Source of the DNA: Flaccisagitta enflata
Taxonomy: Eukaryota
DNA: 64,000 bases
Direction: 5' to 3'
NCBI GenBank assembly: GCA_965153355.1
Contig: OZ231126.1
Location: forward strand, 35,960,001-36,024,000
The notes under the pieces were generated by a model that saw only the letters and a program-made list of their open reading frames with translations, was not told the DNA's origin and searched no databases. Positions 18,531 through 32,795 of this stretch are shown here, piece after piece. A program made the translations under genes and the position numbers. Position 1 is the stretch's first letter. Every line of letters begins with the position of its first letter.

Positions 18531-20796
18531 ATCGGACAGCCGTACTACAGACAGATAGGCAGACAGAAAGACAGAGGGAGAGTTGAATAGACATAGACAG
18601 CTACATAGTCCAGAGGTACTGATGGCCACATCAGACAGAGGGAAAAAGGACAAAGAAATAGACAAAGAAAGAATCTGAGACCAAGACAGTCAGATGAGAG
18701 ATAGAAAGATAGATGAAAAAATTGACAGAAATACAGACCAACTGAATAACAGACATACGGAGCCAACGATGGAATAAAAGAAAAGCGCAGGCAATTGCCA
18801 AATCCCTCCACGTTTTCCTCATGGTTCTTATTTGTTCTACCATTCATCTTTTTATTTCCTTGTACAATCCTTTTCTCCGATTGCCTCATATCTTTCTTTT
18901 TAGCGGTTTGTTGAATTGCAACATCCAATGGGACATAATTTCTCGTTGGAAGGATAGAGAAGACAGAGTTGACAGAGAAGTCGGATAAAAGAAGCAAATT
19001 ATTTGTATGCGTCAAGGGCCTCTTTGATCACACGTCCATCTGATTGTTCATCCATCCATACATCCATTTGTCCATCCATCCCTACGTAGCATGTAGTTAA
19101 CTGTACATATATTATCATAAAACAAAACGAGTTTAATGATACTAGTAAGTTAACTTTCCAACTAAATAATGTAGCGTACGATTGTGATTTTTCGACGCGT
19201 TGACGCGACTCTATAACCCACTCTGTCCGTCAGTCGGTCAGTCTGTCGGTCGGTCCGTCACACTTTGCATTTTTGCGTTACTGCTCCTGCCTACTGCTTG
19301 GTCGGTCTATTTCATCTATGCCCCTGCCCACCCGCACGCGACTTCGGTAGCCGTGTATACGGCTTTGTTTTTCCTCGCTGTGCCACGTCTGGTCGTTCGG
19401 TTGATCAATAATATAAGATTGACCGCACCAGTCTGGCTTCCAAAAGTTTAAGAAATTATACTTCTTCCGTTGTTATTGAGCTCCGTTGACAGACCACAAT
19501 AAATCTCCATTTCCAGCTCAATGATTAGAATATATAAAATAATAAGCGGCAATCCACTGTGCACACGTCATATTTCATGAGAAAAGGCTATCATTTATTT
19601 ATAGATTCAAATCTCTTTTTTTTTCGCCTTCCATATCGCTTTCATCAAACCTTCCGATATTGGAATTATATTTTTCTATATACTACATAAAAAAAGATGT
19701 TCAACAAGGAAGGAAGAAATTCTCGTAAATAAAAAATTTATGAGATCGGAGTTGACAAGACCTTACTCGTCAACTGATTCGCTTGACTTGCGTTTGATCA
19801 TCGCTTTGTCTCCGTTCAAGCGCTTGTTTCTTTTTGACTCGGCCTCAATGATGTTACAACTGTTAACACATAGTCCACACTCAGCCACCAAAACACATGG
19901 GCATGAAGACTATGTAATGCTTACTTCAAGTCTGGCATAAAGAGTATAAAATGCATACTTCCAATCGGGCTGTTGTCATGAAATTTTTATTTAAGAGTCC
20001 CTATCTTTGGCCTACTGCGGTTAAGAAGTATGCATCTAAAGGTTAAGACTTTTTATATGCTCATTTGATTAACTATGGCAAAATAAAAAAGCGAACTACT
20101 TGTTTTTCAATGTTCCACATCGACGCAATGAGCAAAACATAGCAAAATCCATGTACGTTTTGAAGATCTGCGAAAGATCTTGCTGGATGTTCTAGCTCTA
20201 TCCGTTCAGAAATGGCATTAGAATGAAGACAGGTGGTCAAGAATTTGGAAATTCACTACGCCATTTTTGTGGGCTATTTTTTTCTTAATATAAGAATTAA
20301 ACGCGATGAGTTAGAAGAACCATTGCCTTTTCCAAACGAATAAAGCTACAATAACCAGCAACGTCGCATTTGGAAGATTTTTCGCCGAACTTTAAAACGG
20401 TCATGGATTTTCTATAGTTCAGGCCCATAATTAAGCAGAAACTAGCAAAACAAATTGTTTGCTTTTTTTCTTTGTCACAGTTATTGCACTATGACCATGT
20501 GCTTTTTTTTTAATTCTTACGTAAATGCTTTATTGACACAATAAACGTGTCCCAAACTAGAAAACAACAAAAACAGCCATATTCCTTGTGCCTTCCTCCG
20601 TCGATTGCCAATTCTATTTTTTGTATCTCCCGTCATCCATCATGGGTATGGGTATGCGTACAAATGGTCTGAGATAACTCAAAATCAAAAGGAGCAAAAT
20701 GCAAAAGATATCCAAGACGATGAATTCATGCATTTTTTCCAGTTGAATGTTTTCTCTTTCGTCTACGAAACCCATTTTCTTCATTTCTCCAATTTA

Positions 20797-20878
<82 letters not shown>

Positions 20879-21146
20879 TTATTGGTTAGTTTGCCTTTTG
20901 TTTCTCCCTTTGCCCGCCAGAAGGATAAATATGTCTCACGCGGTCATTCTGACACAATCTTTTTTTTTCTTCCAGAAACAAAGAAAAGGAAAAAAACGAA
21001 ACCAAGTTCTTGTCTTTCTTCGACACCTCCGATTTGCGGGGGGCAAAAAATCCAAACATATAAAGAGAGAAAAAAGTACTGCTTCCGCCAAAGGGAAAAA
21101 ATATTATGGAATATGTTGCGTGTCAATAACTCATGTTTTGGCGCGA

Positions 21147-21287
<141 letters not shown>

Positions 21288-21606
21288 ATCATTGAGTTGG
21301 TAGTACTGAGATAGAAATTGGAATTGCAAACAATGATTTCTTTTTTTCTTTCTTTTTTCTTGATGGAAACCAAAAACTTGCCAATCATCTTTTCTCTCTT
21401 TTACATGAAAAAGGGAAAAGGGAGGAAAAATAGAAAAAAATAAATCAAGTCACCCAGGAATACAACATCGCTATGGACGGGTGGGCAGGGGCAAACAAGC
21501 CCCCCCCCACCTCTCTCCACACATGTATAACCCCCTTTCCCACTTTCCCTATACGTACACACAAAAAGCATCTAAAACGCGTTTTTATACTTTTTGACTT
21601 GTGCAT

Positions 21607-22062
21607 ATATATGTCAGCATAATTAGCGACAGAACATACAATGCATCATACAGTTACAGAAGCAAAGATTTAAGTAGTACGTGAGGAAAAAAAAATGGTA
21701 AAGTCGGAGCAAATCAAGTATCATTTACAGATTGATTAAGCGTCAAAGATCGCAATTTTACTAAGATCGGATTGCATGTCAACCGTAAACAGCGAAAAAA
21801 GTTTGTTTGTCTTTTAGCAAAAATTTCTGTGATAGAATCGTACCCGGAAGATCGCCGTAATTCTCTTGTACTCTCCCAACAATGAAAAGAAAATATTTTT
21901 CTGATACAATCATTCAGAGCTACATCATATCTTGTCATTTCACGACCGGTAAACACTTTCACTTCGCACGCATAGGTCAATATCGGTACGCAATTCGTAT
22001 AAAGTAATTGCATTAAAACCTGTTCACTGGGCTTATTCAAAATATTCAAGATTGTATGGAAG
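21607..22062 (-). mobile_element. 3' fragment of a non-LTR retrotransposon (post-RT C-terminus + 3' UTR)
   Basis: LLYTNCVPILTYACEV...ALNDCIRKIF resembles LINE ORF2 C-termini (RTE-X-like by recollection). It interrupts a family A copy (21445-21606 / 22063-22110). Confidence 0.72.
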
Positions 22063-22614
22063 GATGTACCGACGGACGGACAAACAGATGAACAGAGCCT
22101 CGTAAAGAGAGAAAAGAGCACTGATAAGTTTTGATAAATTAGTAATCCCTGATCCCAATTTACAATGATTCGTCAAAATCAATGACTTAAAATTTCTATC
22201 TACGACATTTTTTTCTACTCCTTTCTACTCCTTTCTTAAATCGACTAAAATATTGAATTACTACCCCTGTCCAGCCACAACAAGACACTCGCCCTGCCAC
22301 ATACTGCTTTAGCCCAACCGCATTACTGCCCCTCCACATCCGTAAGCGACTACCTATTTGCCGTGTATCCGGCCTTTTTTTCTCGAAAAATGGTATCCAT
22401 AATAAACATATGATACTTCGCATTTGTTGGTACACCGCTTTTAGATCGGACTGTCGCCAAAAGAACCTATGTTACTCGTAAACTACTTGAGACAGCCACT
22501 TGATTCTATTTCTCTGTGGTAGATAATTTGTTAAGATTTTGTAACAAAGAAAGAAATAAAGCCCCAGTGTTGATGTATTAACATAAATTTCATGATAAGA
22601 AAAAGCCAATTCTA

Positions 22615-23814
22615 CTATCTAGGCGGAAAAAATCTTTCGGTACGTTTACATGCATATCTCAGGTTAGAATCAACAAATCATCAAAAAATTGGTGAAAAAA
22701 TTAAAGTTCTTCAAATTTGCAAGAGATTGGCGCAAACCCTATCCCTCTAGCTCTAAGCGTTCAAAAGCTATTCATTTTTGATTGAATCACTTCAATATCA
22801 CTTTTTCTATTTTTACACAATCTTCTGATGATATCATTTGACTTTTTTTTTGATTACTTCTAAACGCCTTGAGCTGGACAGATGCAATTTGCGTTACATG
22901 CTTGCAAATTCGATGGGCTTCATTTAAGTCACCGACTTTTCTATGATTTGATGATTCTTTTGAATGCTGTGAGTCTAACAGGTCTCACATAATTAGGCGG
23001 AAAACTAAAATGATCAATATATATAGTAAAAATGCCCTCAGCATGATGAAATTAGACATGGAGATAGCTTAGACTCAGTATTTTGACGAAGCAAGGCGAT
23101 GTGGGGGAGTTTCCTGCATGTAGGGCGAGATGGAGGGTGTTTTACCGAAAGTGAGGTGTCAGATTATTGCTGATTTTTACGGAAAAATGTAGCAAAGTGG
23201 AAAACGTTTACCATTCATCATTTTAAGAAGATAGAATGCAAAAAAAAACGTCATTTATCGTGTAATGCAGTTGTTGGATGCAGGAGAGTCAGTTATGCAG
23301 GAAGAAAGCCGTCTATTTTGACCACAGTTGAGGAATTGAAGGTGAAGTTGAGCATAAACAACAAGAAGAGTGTGTCAATCCCAAATTTGGTTACCTTTCA
23401 TTCATCGGCATATTTACGTCCATTAGGGGATAGCCTTTTACTTTTTTGGGCATTTTTTGCATTTTGTTGATAAAATAAACATAAATTGGTGATATATATC
23501 TCTTTGATGGATTTTATTTCCATGTTTAACACTCTTTTCAACGAGTTTTCATCCTTTTCCGCCTAATTTTGTGAGACCTGTTAAATGTAGCGAAAGAATA
23601 GACAAAAAAAAAGATCACGAGAAAGATCTGGAAGGCCTTAACTCCTCAGTAACTCGAACAGCTCTACAAATCGCCTCCGAAACAAATGGCTGCTATGAAT
23701 CAGTCAAAGGGAGCTCACACTTATTATTGATGGATTTGTAATTGATTTGCATTCATTTTTACGCCAATGAATACGTTTTTGTTACAGGACGAAAAATTTT
23801 TTCCGCCTAGATAG
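22615..23814. mobile_element. MITE with TA TSD, nested in the 22433-26313 element
   Basis: TIR ctatctaggcggaaaaaat / attttttccgcctagatag, flanked by TA. Confidence 0.82.
22978..23581 (+). mobile_element. 604-bp MITE, copy 1 (TA TSD)
   Basis: TIR acaggtctcaca(t/a)aattaggcggaaaa at both ends with TA flanks; near-identical inverted copy at 25189-25794. Confidence 0.92.
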
Positions 23815-25188
23815 TAGCAAAAGAGTTGCCCTATTTCATAGGAAAAACAAGGTTGAAATAGCATCAGTGCCAGGCCTTTTTAGTCGCGGACACGCGACTC
23901 TACACCTTGCCGTGTCGGTCAGTCCGTCCGTCCGAAATATTTTTGAATTGCGATCGGTTTTAGCATCACTGCTCCTGCCCAACCGTCTGCGACTGTATTG
24001 CCATGTATCCGGCCTTGTTTTAGAGCGAGCCCGCGAGCCCGTGGCTCTCTATTTTGCTGTCGGGCTCTCTGGTTTCACTGGCTCTGAGCCCGGCTGGCTC
24101 TCTCAAAATTGAAATCATGTTCTGTACTCAAATGGATTGGAAGATTCTCGTAAGATCATAAGAAGAAAACCCAATTCACAAGTTAAGAGTGACTAAAATG
24201 AATTTCTACCATAGTCACCTTGTCAAATGTAAATTGATCAACAAGTAAAGCATCTCATTTTTTCATGTAAATGCGTCTTATATTGATGGTAGAAAAAGTT
24301 GGCTTGTGATAATTTTAGCTTTCTTTAAAACTGATTTATTTCTTTTATGAGAGAGCTGAAAAATTACCATTGAAAGATGACAGTGTCATGAGGCTCACAC
24401 ATTTTAACAAAAAGGGGCAAAATGTTCAGTTTTTCAAGTCGTTTGCACGCTACTCACAATTCTGTTCATCTGTTTGTCTCTCGTCTGTTAGTCCATTCAT
24501 TGATAAGTCCATCTGTTGCTCTATTGGTCGGTGACACTGTTTTTTTGGCATTTACAAGTGATTTTAATGTCGCTTCTCCTGCCCAAATTTCTAACAAATT
24601 TCCTCACTACCCTCCTGCCCACAAACAATTCAAGTAGCCTTCCATTCAGCATTGTTTTGAGTTGCGGACACGCAACTCAAGAAGCTTTATCCGTCCGTCG
24701 GTTGGTCCGTTGGTGAGCACGAGTTGAAAAGTGGGAAAACGCGCATTTCTGCCCCTGCCCACCCATCCGCAACTGATGGCCGTGTATCCGGCCTTGTTTT
24801 GCCGGGCTCGCTGTTTTGCTGTCGGGCTCTGTAAATTTGTGAGGAGAGAGTCCGGTTGGCTCTGCCAAAAAAATCACTAAAAAAGGCCTGATCAGTGCTT
24901 CTTTTTTTCAATGAGTCTGGTCCAAGAGCGTTGGTTGTAAGAAATTAATGAAGATTTGATGATAACGCGGAAAGATTTGACTTATTTGATGCAATTATGA
25001 CTGATTTTGTCTCCAAAACACTGCAAAAACCTTAAAATTTGGGAATTCTTTTAGAAATTTGTCTGAAAATGGTTCAAAATTGAGAACAGTGAGCACATTC
25101 TTCACTTCAACCATAATGTACATTAAATTCTTGCAAATTTGAGACCTATCCCAGCATTTTAGCTCAATTTGTTCAGAAATAACAACTA

Positions 25189-25794
25189 ACAGGTCTCACA
25201 AAATTAGGCGGAAAAGGATGAAAACTCGTTGAAAAGAGTGTTAAACATGGAAATAAAATCCATCAAAGAGATATATATCACCAATTTATGTTTATTTTAT
25301 CAACAAAATGCAAAAAATGCCCAAAAAAGTAAAAGGCTATCCCCTAATGGACGTAAATATGCCGATGAATGAAAGGTAACCAAATTTGGGATTGACACAC
25401 TCTTCTTGTTGTTTATGCTCAACTTCACCTTCAATTCCTCAACTGTGGTCAAAATAGACGGCTTTCTTCCTGCATAACTGACTCTCCTGCATCCAACAAC
25501 TGCATTACACGATAAATGACGTTTTTTTTTTTGCATTCTATCTTCTTAAAATGACGAATGGTAAACGTTTTCCACTTTGCTACATTTTTCCGTAAAAATC
25601 AGCAATAATCTGACACCTCACTTTCGGTAAAACACCCTCCATCTCGGCCTACATGCAGGAAACTCCCCCACATCGCCTTGCTTCGTCAAAATACTGAGTC
25701 TAAGCTATCTCCATGTCTAATTTCATCATGCTGAGGGCATTTTTACTATATATATTGATCATTTTAGTTTTCCGCCTAATTATGTGAGACCTGT
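25189..25794 (-). mobile_element. 606-bp MITE, copy 2 (TA TSD), inverted relative to copy 1
   Basis: Reverse complement of 22978-23581; I see only two substitutions and a homopolymer length difference. Confidence 0.92.
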
Positions 25795-26416
25795 TATATG
25801 AACTAAGATATGCAACAAGTCGTTGGGGAAAAAATGGCTCATTGTGAAACACACTATATTTATTCATTTTAAGAAAGAGGCTTAAAATTTGTAGTCAGGG
25901 GGACATTCCCATTCAGAACTTTTGATTACGCCGCCTCCTCCTTGTCTAATTTTCTTTCAAAACATTCTCTGTTATTGAATAAGAAGAAAGCGATTATCTT
26001 AAACATCAACAAGTGATGTTAAATAAAAGAAGTAAGTCATTATCTTTCAGGGCAATTCATCTAAAATCTTTTTCACTCTTAACTTAATAGAAAGAAATAA
26101 GAAAAATACAAAACAAAGAAAATTTTAAACTTCATGAAATATGCAGGGTAAGACCCTTTTTTAGCCTCTCCCAGCGGCACGAGTTTTTATTCATGTAACT
26201 TGTAGCAAAACTTAATCAAATTATCTATCAGGGGAAATAGAAAAAATTGATTTCCATGAATAATTTTGGAGTAATTCAGGTTCTTTTGGCGACAGTCCGA
26301 TCTAAAAGCGGTGTACCTCGGTGCTTAAAGTCCTCAGACAACTTGCACTCAAGATAGCATACTTTTAAAACTGTGCGGTCATCCATTAGAACTTAACAGA
26401 TGTAGATGGTTGTCAC

Positions 26417-26552
26417 TAGGGATGTGGAAGCGGTTGATTTTCTTGCCGCTTCCACCGCTTCCGCTTCCGCTTCCGCTTCCATTTTACATTTCAAATACTA
26501 GTAGCTAACCCATCCTCTAAATTGGAAGCGGTCAATCGCTTCCACATCCCTA
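26417..26552. mobile_element. 136-bp hAT-type MITE
   Basis: TIR tagggatgtggaagcg / cgcttccacatcccta; exact 8-bp TSD gttgtcac (26409-26416, 26553-26560); internal (ccgctt)n subterminal repeats. Confidence 0.92.
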
Positions 26553-26710
26553 GTTGTCACTATTCTTTTTTATTAATTATATCACCATACAGAAGGTATA
26601 ACTTGAAAATGACTCTTTCTCAAAAGTCTCTGCTCGTTTCAAGGATCCTGGGTCATGTGGGCGCTGTCGCATTTTCTCTCTATCTCTCCCTTAATTCTAT
26701 TTACTTGTCC

Positions 26711-27250
26711 TTTTTTGGGCAGCGGCCCCGAAGGGGACGATGTCCTGTAGAACACAGGGGACTTTCGTTCGTTCGTTCGTTTGTCCGTTCGTTCGTTCGT
26801 CCCCCCCCTCATTGGGCCCCTCAGGCCTCAAATCTGGGCACTGGGACCTCAAATCCAGCCTCTCAGGCCTCAAATCCAGCCTCTCAGGCCTCAAATCTAG
26901 CCTCTCAGGTCTCAAATCCAGCCTCTCAGGCTTCAAACTTGGCCTCTCAGGCCTCTAATTAGGCTTCTCGGGCCTCAAATCCAAATTCTCAGGGCCAGCT
27001 TTCTCAAGCTTCCAATTGACATTCTCAGGCCTTACATCAGCCTTCTTAGACCTCAGTTAAGGCTCTTGAAGGCCTTCAGTCAGCATCTCATCCACTTATT
27101 CAGGCAGGACGAACAAAATTCCCCCTGTGTTCTACAGGACATCGTCCCCTTCGGGGCCGCTGCCCTGCTACCCTTCACTCCAATTCACAATCACTCAAAG
27201 CAGGGCAACGGGTATCGCTGACCACATATTGCCCTTGGGCGACCTGTTTT
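26711..27250 (+). mobile_element. Second HINE-like family (C) with 44-bp subterminal inverted repeats; relatives at ~5748-5971(-), 6062-6492(-), 63307-63480(+), 63630-63950(+)
   Basis: gggcagcggccccgaaggggacgatgtcctgtagaacacagggg (26717-26760) is inverted at 27122-27165. Also (cgtt)n, 21-bp tandem caggcctcaaatccagcctct, and an 85-nt 3' tail with a small hairpin gcccttgggc; T-runs on both sides. Confidence 0.8.
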
Positions 27251-28077
27251 AGTTTCGAAATTGGAGCTTCGATCAAATAACGAAGTAGAAATCTCAAATT
27301 CCTTTCATATTCAATAAAAGCGATTCGACATGTCGGTCATGCTTTGGGAGGGACAACATTTGCGTGCTTGTGTGTGTGTGGGAGAAAGAGGGTTGGGTGT
27401 TTGTTTGTGTTAGATTAGAAATTGCAATTTTCTTCACATTAACCAAATAGACGACTCGTTTTATCTGGGACCAACGAGTTGCCGTTACTGTAGCTGCCAG
27501 CATCAATCCCCAATGTTTCACGATAATCATAGTTAAGCGACAAGTAGAATGGTTTTATGAAATTACTGCCCAGTAATAGAATTTCTCTATCTTGGCTAAT
27601 TGTTATTTGCTGAAGAGAGGGATAAGAAATACGGAATCGAAATCCAACCAGGAGGGGGATCTGATTCAAAAAAATTAGCATCGGTCTCACGGGTTTAATG
27701 GGACCATTACCGCCAATTGCTTCTGGTTGTTGTCCATTACACCAGTTTGACACGTTGAGTGTTTTTTTTTCTGAATTCTTTACGAAATTGAGAAAAAAGG
27801 GATTCGAGACGAGAGTGGAATCACCAATTACGATTTCACGGATTTCGAGATCCTTTCCTCTTCTGTTTTTCATTAAAACGAGGTCGGAAACGTACGTTAA
27901 CGTTTTTATGGGCCAGTTGAAGCACCATGAAATTGTGTAGATGTGTGGATCCGGTCATGGTTGTTAGGTCCATCAATTACGCAATACGCGTTCGTCCATC
28001 GGTCTTTCAATCTGACTCATTGTAGATTATCTTTTGTCTGCCTCTTCGGCGGTCATTTTGTCAGCCTGCTTGATGAG

Positions 28078-28390
28078 AAAGGTTCACTACTACGAGGATA
28101 AAAAAAGGCGCACTTTTAAATGGCTAATTTTGCCTATAAATCCAAGAAAATACTTATTAAGATTCAAAACCATTTAAAGACTCACTACTCTAAAGGTTCA
28201 CTACTACGAGGATAAAAAAAGGCGCACTTTTAAATGGCTAATTTTGCCTATAAATCCAAGAAAATACTTATTAAGATTCAAAACCATTTAAAGACTCACT
28301 ACTCTAAAGGTTCACTACTACGAGGATAAAAAAAGACGCACTTTTAAATAGCTAATTTTGCCTATAAATCCAAGAAAATACCATTTAAAC
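28078..28390. repeat. 114-bp tandem repeat, ~2.7 units
   Basis: ggttcactactacgagg at 28081, 28195, 28309. Confidence 0.95.
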
Positions 28391-28413
28391 TCTTATAAAG
28401 GTCTTTCATTTCA

Positions 28414-28684
<271 letters not shown>

Positions 28685-29572
28685 TCTTCGCCTTCCCCTT
28701 TTGAGGTCAAAATATCTTTTGACCCTCGCAGAGTCTAATGACGGTTAAACGTGACGGGGAGGCGGAAGGCAAGATTCATGGCTCACACACGACAAAACAA
28801 GTCACGTACCACTGGGCAGGGCCAGTCAGCCAAATGAGAGGTAATGATGGGTTTTGGCGAAAAAGTTTGTTAAACGCAAGTGAGAAGAAACAAGGCCGGA
28901 TACACGGGCCAAAACGGTGCGCCTGGAGTTATCAATGCTTAGAACTATCCTTAGCTCTATCAAACCTATCTCAAGCTCTTCTGACCTCACCCAAGATGGA
29001 ATGAAATGACAAGTAACATGAGTGAGAAACAAGATGAGTTTTTGTTAGATATCAAACAGTCTCTGCGATTTTTCACTCTAGAGCATCGAACCGACTGACA
29101 GACCGACGGACTGGCTCTATCAAGCCTAACCGTAGCTGAAGATGCCATAATGAATGCAATGACGAGTAGCATGAATGACGAACGAGACAAGTTTTTATGA
29201 GATTTTAAACATTTTCTGCGATTTTCAACTCGAGCGTGACAGGCAGACAGAGCCTTTTATAGAGGTGCTGTCGCACCTAAAAAGGGGTAGAGGATGAAAT
29301 CATAGCGGTAGGATTTGGACAGCTTCCTCAAATCTGTGAGTGTTTCATTTGACATGATTCATTTATCATGGTGTGATTGATTTTTTTTTCTCAAAAACTG
29401 TCATTACCTATTCAAATGTGAAAATAAAAACAACCATAAAGATGAGAAAAAGTAAGAGAAAAGACGTAAGAATCAACTTTGCAGCTTTTGTTTCTGTTGC
29501 TGAAGAATTACAAGATGAAATAATTGTTTGATGACTTCCAGCTTTTAAAGCTTATCACAGCGGATACTTTTA

Positions 29573-30647
29573 CAGTCAGTGGACAAAACAAAAAAGGTAG
29601 AGAGCTCACTCTGTTGGTTTTGATCCAACCCACTGTTATCAAACAGCAGGCTATAAACAACAACTAGTTGTAAAAATTACAGCCGGCTGTCATGCTACAA
29701 AGTCGGCAAAAATCGAACTTTCACCAAATAGAATGAGACCTGCAAATTTATAATCCTGGTAAAATTCTGACAAGTTTGATATGTCACAACATACCGGGTG
29801 GACATAAAAAAGGTAGCTCTGTATCTAAATGAAATAAAAACTGTTTTTAACGGCTTATTATGTGAATATTTGAAATAGTGAATCTCTGAATTTGTATATC
29901 TGATTGAAATATATAAATTTAAATCATGTATGATAAACCAAAATGATTTTTTTTTAGTATTATTGCCTCTTTATAACCAAAAGTGATAATTGATTATTAT
30001 TAGTGTTTTGGGTGTGCACTAGGTTTTTTATTCAAGAAGTTTTGGTTTTTATACTTTCCTAAGACCCACTTTTATTGAACTACCTTCATTCAAAAGTAAA
30101 TTTTGTAAAAATCATTGATTTTTAGTCAAATCTAAGCAAAATTCTTTAAGTGGTCCATAATTCAATTCAGTTTTTTTTAAATAAAATGGAAAATAATGAT
30201 CCTCATGAAAAATGCTCATAATGGAACATGTAGGTGACAATCATATCTAGGTAGCTGAAAAATTTTTTTTTTTACTTAGGAGAAATTTTAAAAGTGTTAT
30301 GAAAAAAATTAAAAGCTACTTTTTTAAAGACCACCTGTTATACTTTTATATGAAAATAAAAAAAGAATTATCAATGTTTAATAGAGTTATCATGCAATAT
30401 CAAAAGATTATTTCTTACAAAAAGTGTTAAGTATGACATGCCAAACTTCTCAGAATTTCATCAGGATTATGAATATGCTAGTCACGTTCTATTCTATTTA
30501 GGTTGGATTTTTGCCTACTATGTAAGATAACAGCCGGCTCTAATTTTCACAACCAGTTGTTGTTTACAGCCTGCTGTTTAATAACAGTAGGTTGGATCAA
30601 AGCTAACAGAGTGAGCTCACTACCTATTTTGTTTTGTCCACTGACTG
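29573..30647. mobile_element. Tc1/mariner-type MITE with ~220-bp imperfect TIRs, containing a nested insert
   Basis: ta|cagtcagtggacaaaaca ... tgttttgtccactgactg; same family as 40968-41492. Confidence 0.88.
29794..30337. mobile_element. Nested TA-target MITE
   Basis: Degenerate TIRs ccgggtggacataaaaaaggtagct / agctacttttttaaagaccacctg. The empty site acaacatatactttta is seen in the sister copy at ~41181-41196. Confidence 0.75.
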
Positions 30648-30899
30648 TTTATTGCTAATGGCGATATAACTTTTAATCTCATCAAGGAAGATCGAAGGAG
30701 GAATGACAGAGGAGCGTACTCATAAAATTACCGACAAACTTAATGAAATCAAAACAGTTCAGCCCTCTCACATCATATGAATCATAAACCTCCCCTGACA
30801 CGGAGACAAAACAGACGATGAGGTTAACTGCCCGCGACGTTACGCATGATATATAGACGTAATAGAATTAAGTGCCACTTTTTTCCACGTGATGGACGG

Positions 30900-31111
30900 G
30901 TTTTTTGTCGCGTGCACGCGACTCTACACCCCGCTTTGTCCGTCCGTTGGTCGGTCGGTCGGTCGGTCCCCATTTTACTTTTTTTATCAATTTTATTTCT
31001 TTAAGTCATTTTAAGTCATTTTAGGGTATACTAAGTCATTCTAAGTCATTCTAAGTCATTCTAAGTCAATCTGTAAGTCTCGCACGCGACTTATAGGGGT
31101 TGGCCTTGTTT
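30900..31111 (+). mobile_element. HINE-like family A, short copy
   Basis: Same 5' palindrome, (gtcg)n, short (taagtcattc)n and 3' cgcacgcgacttataggggttggccttgttt. Confidence 0.85.
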
Positions 31112-32300
31112 CTTTTGGGGGGGGGGTCAGGTTGTGGAAATGGCATCATGTTATCGGCCTCATAGGGAAAAATGTATCACTGGCCTACTATCAGCGATAC
31201 GTCCCATTTGTGCGCACACATGCCCCCTACCTTCACGCACAGGTGATATATGGATAGATGATACAAGAGAACGAATAAACTAATTTTGAATTCGAGTCAG
31301 TCATGAGAACTTTCCCAGGCATGTTGCATGAAATTCCTTGGTACTTGACTTTTGGAAAACCCTTTCCTCGGAAGAATGACCGCTTTACTGCGCCTCAGTG
31401 CTTTCATGGGAAACCCTTTTCAGATGTCGACTGGTGCTTTCTACAGTAAGCCTAAGGAAGTAATTAGAAAATCTGGAAGTGTGTGGATCTGCCAGTAACG
31501 GATACAACGAATTTATTCCATGCGCAATTGCAGACAGATTGTAATCAGACAGAACTCCAATCCCTCAGCCGCGTTGGACTCTTTTTACTTTTCTCAATGA
31601 CTTCTACAAATGAGACCAAATCGTTCCCACTCCCCCTGCTTCGTATCTTTTTTTCTTTCAAGCTAGGACATGCCGAAAACACGGCTACCCATGTCGCGAG
31701 AGGATTGGCAGGGGCATATCCCATTATCCCAGCCTCTACACTCAAATTCATATGGAATGACAACAATTCTTTTATTCATCATCAATTGGGGAAACAAATA
31801 TCAATTCAGTTATTATAACAGCTATGATACTTAAAAAGCAATTAATTCTTTTCTTACCCGCTAATGTTGTAGCATTAAGAAATATTACTTATATAGACTA
31901 TAGTAGACATTAATTAGTCTAGGAAACAGGGTTTTCAATCCATATGATTTTAGCTCTGACACTGGAATCCTAGTTTCACAGTCCAAAGTCCAAGTCTCAG
32001 CCTTGCATGGGTCATCGATCCCTTCGGTGCCACTGGCACCGCCCCTCTCACCACATTATCCAAACATTTTTTTGCTTTTAGTAAGTGATGTGTAGAATAC
32101 TTGGTAAGTTGGTTGTCAACTGTTTCTGTGAAAAATGTGATTACTTTGATGTCTCGTTGATTGCTCACGCATTTCAAACTGAAGAAGCGCTCTAAATCTA
32201 ATTGGAATACTTATCCTCGCTCACTATTCGTGAAGCATCTTCCACCAGTTTTTGTCTCTATCTCTGGCTCTGTCGTTCTCTGACTCTGACCCTCTTTATC

Positions 32301-32374
<74 letters not shown>

Positions 32375-32594
32375 TTCTCTCTCTCTCTGATTTCTCCGTG
32401 GAACACAAAATCCCACAAAAACCACACATATACAGACCGCACAGACACAAACTGGCGTTGCCTCTGAGCTCATTTTTCTTGTACCTAAGAATTTTCCGTG
32501 GTTTACGACTTGGGCTTCGCTTTCCAGAATACAAAATTGAAATGATTTCTCCAAGCACTTTTAGTCTAATACAGCTATTCTTTGGAACCAGAAC

Positions 32595-32660
<66 letters not shown>

Positions 32661-32669
32661 ACACACGCA

Positions 32670-32795
<126 letters not shown>

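Larger units (their letters stand above)
22433..26313. mobile_element. Non-autonomous TIR DNA transposon (Tc1/mariner-type TA TSD), 3.9 kb including nested inserts
   Basis: Perfect 36-bp TIRs caccgcttttagatcggactgtcgccaaaagaacct (22433-22468 / 26278-26313), TA on both sides. Confidence 0.88.

Noticed and set aside
27439-27873. 144-aa minus-strand ORF
   Set aside because: No recognisable domain or splice support; compatible with chance.
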